Below, piece by piece: positions 48,201 to 60,300 of a stretch of 64,000 nt of DNA. Source of the DNA: Lama glama (Eukaryota); assembly GCA_028534125.1 (NCBI GenBank), contig CM052818.1, forward strand, positions 31,126,001 through 31,190,000, read 5' to 3'. The notes under the pieces were generated by a model. The model was not told where the DNA came from. It worked only from the letters and a program-made list of their open reading frames with translations, and made no database searches. Position 1 is the stretch's first letter; the number at the start of each line of letters is the position of its first letter. The translations under genes and the position numbers were made by a program.

Positions 48201-51200
48201 GGAAGTTGCCCCTGCCCTTTGAGGTGCTGAGCAGAAAGGGGCCATTTTCTCTTTGATCTCATTCCAACTCCATGCCGGCGGAGACATTGATTTTTTCCCT
48301 TTCAATTTTTTTTCTGGCTGCAGCCAAATGAGGTCAGAAGTTAAATTAGTCCTTGGAGGTAAGAAGCAGCCGCATTCGTATTCCCTCTTTTCCGCTGACT
48401 TTTGCTGGCGAACACTGACAGTCTCCCTTTTCTGTTCTCCTCTGCAGGTTTGGTACAGGAGGAGCTGGGAATATCTCGTCCGCCTGTGGAACCCCTGGGG
48501 CAAGGTCGAATGGAGAGGGCCCTGGAGCGATGGGTATGGCTTCTGAACACCTCTCTCTCCCTCAGCGAGACCCAGTGTTTGGAGACGCACCCTGGCCCAC
48601 AGGGGCAGCATACCTCACTCCTGCTGCGCACCTCGCTGCAGGTCTGTCCAGCTCACACCTACGTGTGACTGTTAGTCCGTCTTACACTCCCATGATGCCA
48701 TGCGCCAAGCATCTATTAGACACCTGCTGTGTACTCTCTGTACTAAGTATACCATGCTGGGTGGGAGCTGTGGGATATAGACAGCTAACAAGAGTGTCTG
48801 TCCTCCAGAAGGTTATAGTCTTGCATTGAACCCATATACCAAGAAGAAGTAAAAAATAGAGAGGAGTTGGGGTGGGGCATGGCCGGAGCCAAGTTCTACA
48901 TGGCAGGTGGGTATGGAGCGAGAGAGCCTCAGCCCATGAAGGGGTCCCATGGGATGCTGATCCTGATGATGCCATGGGATCAGGACAGAGAAGGCTTCAT
49001 TCTGGGGGAATTGGGAGCTGAGGCAATGATCTGGTTTTTTTGGTTTTTGTTTTTAATTTTTTGACTCAGTCCACCTGTGTCATCCGTCCTGCCCTACCGG
49101 TCTAGATGCTCATGTGTAATGGGTGCCTGGACTGGCACCTTGCTATAGAAGGAGTGAGCAGGGCTAAGTGGGTCTCAGATGCCTCGGCTGGTTGTGTCCC
49201 CGGCAGCTGCTCTCTGTCCCAGCCGACTGGTGGGGACCCCACTGTGTGGTCAGTAGTCCCCAGGGAGCTGGGCTGGCGTTTCCCAGCTGCCAGGAGGACT
49301 AAGCCCTGGTCCCTGTCCCTTTGCTGACTGAGAGCGAGACGGCAGTCCCGAGAGGGATGCCAGGCTGGCGACAGGGTACTGGCTCGTCTCAGAACCCGGC
49401 AGGGCCCAGCCCCCGACATGTCTCTGAAGGCCTGTCTGTGTTAGACCCATGGAAAGTGTCGAGACACGTGGGCCTGCCATGGCAGCTTAGCGTGAAGGAG
49501 AACATGATCTGAAAGGAAATGCCATGCATTCATTCTTAACAGGAGAACAGGCCTCAACAAGCAGTGAAAATCAATGCAGGGAGAAGTGTGTTCTGGAGGT
49601 GAATGCAGAGTTGGCTGGTGTCCCCACCCTGAGCCTGATGCCCCAGGCTGGACGGTGACAGGGGCCACCCCATCCTCTGTGAGCCTCACAGCTGATGCCC
49701 CTGCGCGAGTGGGCTCGTGGCAAATGTGAGATGAACTTGCAGGGGGTATAGGGTGGGAATGCGAGAGAGAAGGGGAGAAAGAGAGAGAGTGAAAGAGGCG
49801 GACAGGGAGGAAACAGCCAACATGAATTCATAGAATAAACCTGGGTGTGACCTCAGATGCCCTCTGGAGAACAGGGCAGCTCGTCCCCCCTGCCTCACCC
49901 CTGCCTCACCCCTGCCTCGGAAGGGGATGAACTTGCAGAACCACGAACCACTGAACAATGTTTTTACTCACTGCTGCCCTTTCTCCTTTCATCCTGCCTC
50001 TATTCTTTCTTCCTCCCTGGGGGGAATCCTTGGCCCTTACCAGTCCTCCCTCCCAGTCACCACCCCAAGCTGCTGTACATGGGCCAGGGGCGATCTGATT
50101 AGCCAGAATCCCTGATTCGGGGGTGGCTGTTGCCCTAGGAATGAGGAAGGGCAAACAGCGGCGCGTTGCCCTTGAGGAGAAGAGGCAATAAATTCACACA
50201 AGCTGATGTTCTGCCCACGTCCCTCGTGCTAAGTAGCAAATGACCAGTGAGGGCAACAAAGGACCCCAGAGATCAGGGAAGAGAGGCTTCCTGTGCGTGG
50301 GCCTGCCTGTTCAGGGAAAGCTTCGTGGATGGGGTTGAACTGGAGTTCAACCGAAAAAAAAAAAATATGACTCACTTTGGAAGAGATCACTGGGTAGGCG
50401 AGAAGTGTCGGCCACTGTGCTGAGCCAGGAACGTTTGTAGCGTGTTCAGGGCCAACAAGCTGGCCTGAGGCAGAGGAACCCAAGAGGGAAGTGTTGGGAG
50501 CTGGAGCCAGAGAGCCTGACGCCAGCTTTGAGTTTAGATTTAGAGCCTCCAGGCACGGGGGTTCGTGAGGGCCTTTGAACAGGCTGGAGAAGTGTGCAGA
50601 GCAGGGCCGGGGGGTGGACCTGACAGCACCTGCCCTGGAGGACACATATCCTGGATGAGTACTGAGGTTCACCCTTCCCACCTGAATCCAGGCTGGAAGA
50701 AGGACGGGGCTTCACAATCACGTCTTCAGGCATTGGTCCATTTCCTACTTTTTAACGAGCAGAGACGGATGGCGAGAGTGGGTGGTGTATTCTCCACCAT
50801 AATGGAAATTTCAGTCACACACACTTAAAGGCAAACTTGCATGAATCAATAGCATATTGATTTACACTACATTTATTTTCCGTTACACACTGCAGAAAAT
50901 ATAATCACTTAATTATAAAATTGCCATTTTACAATAGCACATCTGACTGGCTCAGCCTGCAGCCAGAAGCCTGAGTGGTCCCTGCCGCTCAGCTGGCACA
51001 GAGGTGGCCCAGGCAGGCCCTTGATGCAAGTCAGTCCCAGAGAAAGAGCTCATTACACTTTTGTGCCTCTGGGACCCGTGGCCTAGGCACACGCCCCTGC
51101 TTTAAGGGGTGAGCTGGGGCGGGACAGCTGCGGCCTTCTGCCCGTGAGGGTCTCCTCCTTCACCACAGACCCTAGAACTAGCTTCTGGAACACATTATCC

Positions 51201-54200
51201 CAGTGAAGTTGACAGCTTTAGTTATTAATTAAGGAAGCAAAATATTATGGGCATGCCCACTACATGCATTGGGTGAAGGCCCTTTGTCGATGATGTAAAG
51301 GTGAGCAAGGTCACTGATCTCACGGAACTTGGAGTCCAGTGGGGGAACGGCAAGAAACAAGCAAGCGATAAACAAGCACTAGTGACACTGGGTACTAAGT
51401 GCTGGGACAGGAATGGTATGGTGAGCCGTGGGGGCTCACAGGAGGGGCACCGTGGTGGGGACGAGCACGATTTCCCAGCAGAAGTGCCTTTTAGGAGGAA
51501 AGGTGAGTGTAGGTTATTGGGTTACAGGACTGAAAGGAGGAGGAAAAGCGTTCCAGGCAGAGGGAGCATCATGGTGAAGGCCAGGGTGGAGGGGGCTCTG
51601 CACGGGACAGACAGGTATTCCCGAGCAAATGAAGATACTCTTTACTACTGGGGTGTCGGACTCAATGCTGTGGGGAACAGGGAGCTGCTCAGGGAAAGCT
51701 GGAGAGGTAGGCAGAGACCAAGATGTGTTTCAGAAGTTTGAACTTCATCCTGAGAGAGAAAGGGAAGTGCTGATGTTTTTGTTTTGAGCAGGGAAATGCC
51801 GTAATCAGATTTCTGTTTTAGAAAGATTGGTTTGATAGGAGGTGTGGAGAATGGATAGCAAAGGAGGGCAGGACTGAGTTCAGGTGAGAAGTTCAACAGG
51901 GAGATGAAGGTTCTTGAACTTGGAAACAAGCAGTAAGGATGGAAATCCGTGGATGGCTTTGACAGGGGGTTAGAAGGTAGAATCAGTAAATCATTAATAT
52001 TTGGTGATGGCTTCAATGTAGGGGGAGCAAGAGGGTGACCCTTCATGTGCTTGGGCAATAGGAGGAGGCAGAGGATGAGTACAGTTTGGGATAGGTTGAC
52101 TACAAGGTCACAGTGGGGCTCTGGTGGAGACAAGGAATGGACCATAGCATGTGTCCATCTAAAGCTCAGGAAAGAGGATCGGGCTGGGGGCAGCTTGGAA
52201 GCCATGGACGTAGAGAATCACTAGGTAGAATGCCACTCTCCACCTGCACCCGGAAACTATTGGAAGCCTGTGCAAAGGACCCCGTGGGGCCACATGCGAT
52301 TGAGACAATCTGTCCTAGGAGATCTTATCCTGTGGTCTGTCTCTCCACACCCAGGTCTCCGGAGTGGCAGGAAATCCACCACCAACAGAAAAGCCAGCTG
52401 TATGAGCATAAGGACGATGGCGAGTTTTGGTACTTACTCTTCTTTTAAAATTATATTTCAAATCTTTAACTGTTGCCCAAAGTCTCAATCCCCACCCTCT
52501 TTCCAAAACTTTTTTGAGAAAATTCACTTTGCAGGGGCCTCTGTAGAAGGAGTCTGTTTTCTCCGCCAAGACACTAAAGCTTTGAACATGAAATTGTGTT
52601 TGGGTTCTCTCTTTTCATGAAAGGTATTTCAGCTCTGAAATACTAGAGCTTGCAGGAAATGTTAATGGTAGAAGGGAATATTGGCACCAAAGCTTTGAAA
52701 ATTACCGTTTTCTGGAAACCAGGATGCATGATTATCATGCCTGTATCTTCCATGCCACCTTGTTGGGACCCCGGCAAAAAAAATCCCCCAGTCATCCCAC
52801 AGTCCGTTCATCCCACAGTCTCTCCTGGCATGAATTACAAGAGAGCAACTTGGAGTTAATCTCCCAGCCCTGACTCTGGAGTTCTGGGTGAGGTATCGAT
52901 GTCATCGCCCAGCAGCTATGCAGGACTAGATGTTGAAAAACGCATTCTCAGCCCTGTGCTCAGATCTCAAAGGATAAGATGAACATTTCTCTGAGGGGTT
53001 GTCTGGCTTGTTCAGTGATATATTTGAATGAAATCTGGCATGTGCGAAAAGGAGACTGGGTTTAAGTCATTAAGAATCAGAGGGATAAATGTAAATTAGA
53101 AGAAAAAACATTTCTAGAATCTCAACTTTCACCACAGTACCAGCTGGGATGTTAGGTGTTGAATCCATTGTGTTCTGATAAGACCTCAATAATTCTTTGG
53201 CAAAGGACCCTAGGGAAAAGTGACTTTCTTAGCAGTGTGTAGGACCCGTAGCAGAAAGAGATTGGCAGTCCTCTTGCTGGCCATGAGAGGGACCTGCAGA
53301 ACCCAGAATCTGACGCTGTCCTTGTCCTTCCAACCACAAATGAACCAGAATGGGGCTCTGGTCTTGGGGAGGACCGTGGTAAATTAATGGTTACTATAGT
53401 TGACAGGCAAAGGTGTTGTGAAGTGATGGGAACCTCCACCCCAGCAACAAAACCAGTGGTCAGTAAGCGATCGTCTCTGTTTATAACAGGATGTCATGTC
53501 GAGATTTCCAAGAAAACTTCTCCTGCCTATTTATATGTAACCAAGTTCCAATCAGCCTGGACCATGGAAACATGCCCCATGAAAGATGGTCCCAAATGAT
53601 GTTTAAGAACCACGTGATTCCAGGAAACACTGCAGGTAGTTATCCCTTTGGTAACAATTCTGCCAGGATGGAAGCTGCCAGGCCTTGCCCAATTCTGGCT
53701 TCACCTCTCGATGGCCCTCAATTCTGAACCATCAACCTGAAGTTGAAAGAAGAGGAATTTGGCAGCCCAGAGGGACAGCTATCCTTCTCTGGAGGACATG
53801 ATTGCTGGTGGGGTGGGCAGGAGAATCTCCAGTGTGCCTCCCCTGCCCTTTCATGCTTTCTCACTGTCCTTCTGCTAAATTACCTCCACCCCCCAGGAGT
53901 GGAACAGGCTCATCACTCTTCAGTAATTATTCAGGACATTGCAGGGAGCTGTGGAAAGAGCACTGGACAAAAGTCAGGACCTGTGTTAAACCATTGTCTT
54001 TGCCATGTATTGGCTTTGTGACTCTGGGGATAAAGCTGGTCCCTCTGTCTCAGTCTCCCCTGTAACCCCTATCTGCCCCCTGAAACCACAAAGCACCATC
54101 CAGACTTAAAGGGGCATATTCCTGCCCAGTGTGGGTGGTGCATCCTACAGCACCGTACTGAGATCCCAGCAGTAGATGCCCCAAAATCTGTCTTTGGGCT

Positions 54201-54344
54201 CCCCGGAGATGAATCTTTAAAAGAGTTACATATTCTCTCTGGACCTCCCACTCCCCATGTGTGAGTGGATGAGTGAAATAGCGCCCTCTGAAGATGAACC
54301 TGTGTATGTTACACATTCTTGGTAGGAAAAGCTATGCAAATAAG

Positions 54345-54376
<32 letters not shown>

Positions 54377-57300
54377 CTGTGTGTGTTTGTTTGCACCTCG
54401 ACATGTGCATTTCCTCTCCTTGGCACCTGCCTTTCGAGAATGGTTTGCTTGAAGACCTCATACCCCAGGGTGTCCCTGTTTTCAACCTCCAGGCTCTTCA
54501 CTCTGCTGGGCAGAGAACCTAGACCAGGAGGCCACGGGCAGACAAAGAAACCGCCAAGTCACTCTTGGGCAGCAAATTCGCTGATTCACCTTCCCTGAGC
54601 TGCACCTGTCTGACTGTGGGGCCAGAGCCCTTTTCCCTAGATATAATGCATGTCAATGAACTAACCAGTTCTGCATCGGCACCATTTTTAGTACTTCCTT
54701 ACAGGAGAGAGGGAAGGGAGCCAGCCAGCAGGCACCTGCTAGGTGCTGCTGAGTGCACTTGAGAGCATCATCTTGCTTCATCCTCACAAAAAACTGATGT
54801 CCGTGATGGTCCTCTACGTTTCCCCATCCCCCATTCAGAGCTTCCCAGCTGTGATCCAAACTTTCTGATGTCTACTAATTCATCTCTATTTTGACTTACC
54901 TTCATTTATTTTTTATACATTATCTTTCATGCACTTGAATCTAATGGTTTTCCATTAATTCTGTCTTGCTCTGGCTTTGGTGAGGACTCTTGGGCAGTAG
55001 AGTTCTATGAATTGCCATCTCTCTGCCTCTTTTCCTCTGTCTCCGTTGGTGCTTGGGGATTGACATCATTTCATGGCTCCGTGGTTGTTGTCAACACATA
55101 AGCTCTTGCATACCTGAGGACTCTGGAATTCTACTTGTTATTATAAAATATAAAAATAGCCCTCAACTTTACAGTTTAAGAAACATTTTCATGAAGTAGG
55201 AACTATACTTCCCCTCCTTGTTTCTAAGAAGAGGAGACTGAGGCTCACAAAATAAAGATGTTTGTGCTGCAATAGTGGGGACCAGGACCCAGGCTTTAGG
55301 TGTCCAAATCCAGACTTTCAGCCACCACCCATTGAACTGGGCATGCATGGCTCTCTGAAGCGGTGCTAGTCCCAACCTGGAATCCCAGGAGCCAGGCTGG
55401 GGTCCACTTACTGCTCTTTTTCATACAGAATTCCAGAGGGATGTGCAGTACCTCTTCTCTGTGCCAGACAGCATGGAAAGCAGCAATGTCGTCATGTCCT
55501 TCAACATCATGCCACAAAATTTAAAGGCAAAAGACAGAATGTTTCCACTAAACTTCGAGGTGTTCAAGGTAAGGCAGCTTGCTTCAGGGCTTGCCCTTTG
55601 GGGATATTCTGTACAACTTGGGTGGAGAGAGCAGCCAGCTATGCTGGGAGATTTCACTCAATCGCAGACTCAGATAAAACCCAAAGGGCTATAGAGTTCA
55701 TCTGGTCTGAAGGAAAACCTGAGACAGAGAGGCGATTAGCCTTGACCAGTTTTACAGCGGGACATACCTCCTGCCTTTGTCACTTGCCAGCATGTCCTGG
55801 CACGCCGCAGGCTCCAGTGCTCGTTACTCAAAAAGTAGTCTGGTCAGGACCAGCTGTTGCAACAGTGCAGACTCCTGGGACCGCCCCAAGTTTTCTGAGT
55901 CCCACTCTCCATGGATAGAGCCTGGAAATCTGCATCATAATGAGCTCCGGGGTGGAGGAGGGGCTGCTATGCACAGGACTATTTGAGAATCATTGGTTAA
56001 ACTCTAGGAGGAGTTTAAGGGGAAAAAACAACCCTGGATATACAGCCAGGAGGTATGTTTTTCTCTTATGCTTAGACCAAAGTCTGGTCAAAGCTCCGTG
56101 GGTGGCTTACACGCATCTGCTTAGCCACTCATCCAAGGGGAGGTCTTCCTCTCCACCTAGCCTCCCCTCCACTCTGATGGCACTCCCAGCCAGATCTTCA
56201 GCTCCTAAGGGGCCATCTCCTCACCCCCTCCACATGCCTACACATACCCCAGCCATGAGTAAGTGATCAGGGAATTTGGCTTTTAAAAACCATGTGAAAG
56301 AAAGGAGCTGCAAAAGAAAATCTGAGACTTCTGCTCCCTCCTCCTTTCCCAAACAACTTAATGCATCCCAAAGATAAAGTGAAGTGTTCTCAAATCATAC
56401 ACCCCACAGCCTCTCTGCACGGAGATGCGTAATTAAGATCATGCAACCATCAAGTGCTGGGGTCCCTGTTCCTCAAATTAGAGGTGAAGTCTCCGAGGCC
56501 CAGCAAGGTGAAGTGACATAGTCGGAGCTGGGACTGGGCACCAGAAGTCCCCCAAGCCTTCAGTCAAACACACCTATCCCCTGTGTGGCTAAGACTCTGA
56601 TTATTGCATCTCTAGGAATGATCTCAGGAATGTTCACTGAGACTAAGGCAACATTCACAACTGGGGCCTTAGCCCACTCAGGGACAGGCAAGGCTCCTGG
56701 TCCTCTGTTCCTGAAACAGTCCCGTGCACTGGCTGTGATGCACTCTAACAAGAAGGCCTCACTGATAGAGAACTTCAGAGTTCCATACATGTTCAGATTC
56801 ATTGTCTCGAACACCCTAGTACCCCAACTTTTATAGATGTGGAAACCAAAGGCCAGAGAGCAAGAATGACCTACCAAGGAGCAGCTAGGTTATGACGGTG
56901 GGGTGCTTGATGCTGGAACTTGTGGTCCCAGGACCAGGGTTCTCAGCAGGACTTAGGCACTTGCCTTTCTGGTGATGCTCACAGCTCAAAGACAAACGAT
57001 GATTCTGGCCTAGAAGGAGGAGAACTCTTTGGGTTCTGCTCTCTCTGAACACATTTCCGCTTTCTAGTTGCATAGAATCAATGGAAAAGAAATTGTTGGG
57101 GTTTAGCACCATACTTTTGAGATGCCTCAATCCTGCTGAGACTGTCAGAGAACATCTGCTAAGGATGCAGTAGTGGACAGTGGTCATTTTCATCACCACC
57201 AGGCAACTGAGCACCCTTTCCACATGGTGGTGGAGGGAAGTGGGGGGACCTTGGTGGAAGGCAGGGCTTGGTCTCCCACTGCAAAGAGACCAGATATTTC

Positions 57301-60300
57301 CTCTTCCCAGCCCTTACATGCAGAGGGGTAGATGTGTGACCCAGGCCTGTCCAATTAGATATTCTCTTCCCCTCCCCACCATACTCTTGGTTATTCTGGG
57401 CTTTGAATCTTGAGGAAGTAACTGAAGGAGGTAGGACCAATTGAGAGGTTCTTTGCAGCCAGTCTTCGGGCCCAGCAGCAGCAATGCAGGCAGATCCTGT
57501 GGTGGTGGATCTCTTCTCGATCCTGCCCACCTTCCAAGCTGCAGTCTCTAGACTTCCCACTGACTCTGTGATTTACCCTTCCCATAAATGGCTTTCTGCT
57601 CACCCCACCCTGGATTGGTTTCCCTTGCTTTCTGCCAAGAATCCCAGCTAGCTCAGGTGCCTTCTAAGAGGACTCTCATCCTCGGAGTCCCCTGACTGTC
57701 ACCTTTGAGAAGGACAGAAGGAAAGGAGTTGGGAAGGGCTGGGAAGGAACTGAGGCATCTGGTCTACCCAATGAGCCTGAACAGTGCAGGACACCAGACA
57801 GGACTGCTAAAAACATCTCAGCCACCTCTTCCCTGTCCTGATGAGAGACAGAACTCCAGCGAGGGTATGAGGGCTGCCCCAGGGCAGAAAAACTGGGAGA
57901 GCTGTTTGAATTGTCATCTGTGATTCTAGTGCCCAGAGCTGGCACCATAGCAGCCTCGTGCTAACTGACTTATCCCAAGTCTTACAGTTCAGGGGCCCTG
58001 GCAAGACTGTAATCATATCTATTTTTTAAATGTTGCCTAGCCCATTTGTCAACTTTTCAGCCAGAGATGCCTTTTTTATCAGCTGCCCACTTTGCTGAGG
58101 GAGCATGCAGACCCATGATCCCCTCAGGCTCCCTGAAAATCCCCTTGGATCTTGCAGGATCCTGATTGAGTTAAACACCAAAGAACAGTCCAGACCTTGA
58201 CAACTGAAGAAGCACATGGGTTCCTTTCACAGTTCTGCTGGGAAGCAGGCTATGTTGGTGCCAGCAACTAGGCTCTTTGAAGTCTCTAGGATTTTGATGG
58301 GGTTTGTGGGTACAGTGCTGCCCAGATGACAGCTATGTGCAGGGCTTCACCCTTGGCATCAGCCTGTGACTCTCCAACTGCTATGGGAGCACTGCTCTGC
58401 GTTGCATCCAACTAAACACGGATGGTATACAAATAGACAGGGAGAAGGCAGGACAGAGAAAAAGGGGAAGGGTGGACAAGCTATTTCATCCTCACCCCAA
58501 AGCTCCTCCCCAGGCTGGGTCTTTCCACCTCCCTCCAGCTCCCCCCTGATCTCCAGAGAAGCCTGCCTTGGCAAATCAGGTTGTCTGTACACAGAGTGTG
58601 GCCCAGGATCAATGATAGAATAGAACTGAAACCCCCACTAACTGTGGAAGACGGTACCTGGAGGCGGTGGGTCTCAGTTACCAAGAAAGCAACGCAGTTT
58701 GCCCTGTTCTCCCCTCTGCCACTCAGACTGCTGAGCTCAGTGTCCACACCTGTAAAATAAGGAGCTCAGCATCCGCTCAGGATCGCTGGACAGCCCAGCA
58801 CTCTACATGGGAAACACTTTGCAAACCATGAAGTGACTTTAAAATGGGACTGCATCTTCAGCGTTTCCTTCCTTCCTTCACGTGGACAGACAGGAAGATG
58901 GGTATTTCCCCATTCGGACGCCCACAAGCATTCCCTGCCAACACAGGGGGGCCTAGAACAAATTCCCATCGTGTGTTACAGAGATCTGAGGGAATGAAAG
59001 TTTCCTTCTCATTGGAGCGCCGATGTTGGGGAATTTACATTCGATCCAGGTCTGCCTTACCTCCAGTCCCCATCAGCGTGTCCCTTTTCCTTCCAGTTTT
59101 CTCACCATTGCTATGAAGAGTAACCACAGCTGGCTGAGCTGGCAAAGGAAGAGTCTCCCCAGCCACCTTCTTCCCGCCTCGACCTCCTTACAGCGGGTGG
59201 GGTTTCCTTGTCACAGCTCCATGCAGGGAATGAGTGATGATCCCCATTAACCCAGGGTGTTCCAGGGAACGGGCTGAACGTGCAAGGAAAAGGAATGCAG
59301 GGCCCTGAGCCAGGCTGCTCAGACCTGCTCGCTTGTGTGTTTTGGTTTGGGTTCCTGACCCTGCCTTTCTTCCTCTTCCCCACAGGTGGACTCCCAGGTA
59401 TGGCCACCGCCACCCTCCCTGGCTTCTTACGCCTCTGCCCCGTCTGTCGGTGGCGTTCACGCCTCTTCCAACACCCATGGCCTGGACGTGTCTCCCGGTG
59501 TTCACCGGCTGCCAATTCAGTCTTGCTAAGTCCTGTAATAGATACGCACCTAGAACCTCCCAACAGGCCAGTGATGCGGGAAATATTTTAGCTGTCCTGG
59601 TCTAAAGGTTGCATTCCTCAGGCTGTTCTCTGGTTTGATGTTCTAGAGGGGCTGCCACCATGAAACCATCCTCAAGCATTTGGCCCCGAATGATAAGACT
59701 GATGCTGACAGTTCCTTGTAAGATGAAAGGCAGGGCTCATCGGGTACCTTGGCGGGGATCTTTAGTTTCCCATAGTTTCCATCAGCCCCCAAATGCACCA
59801 TGACCGGGATGCATGTGATGCAAATGCAGCTTCAAGGCACACCCTCCAGCTCCTCTTACGACCACATCGCCACCCCTCCTGAATAAACATTCTGGCCTGA
59901 CACTGGTGAAAGGGGACCTAAAATATGAGTCAGAATGGAGAAGGAAAGATGGAGTTTGGGAAGCCTAACTTCACAGGCACTCAAACTCCTTAAATGGACG
60001 CGAGCTTTGTGGTGCTGTTGTTGCCACGGGGAGGTGCGTGTGCCTGGGGGCTGAGGATGGAAGGGAGGGAGTAGGATGTAGCCACAGCCAATGGGCAGTG
60101 ACCACAACCTGCTGGCAGGTGCAGAGCAGCTCCTCCAAGCCTTCCAGAGGTGCCCTGACAGGGAGAGAAGCTAGGACAGGGCTCTCCAACAGGGGATACT
60201 CAGAAGCCCAGGCAGAAAGCAGGTGGTAAGGCGGCCTGCCTTTCACAGTGGTGGCCCAGCATCAAAGCTGGGTTTCGGATCAGCACCCTAGTTGTGGAAT

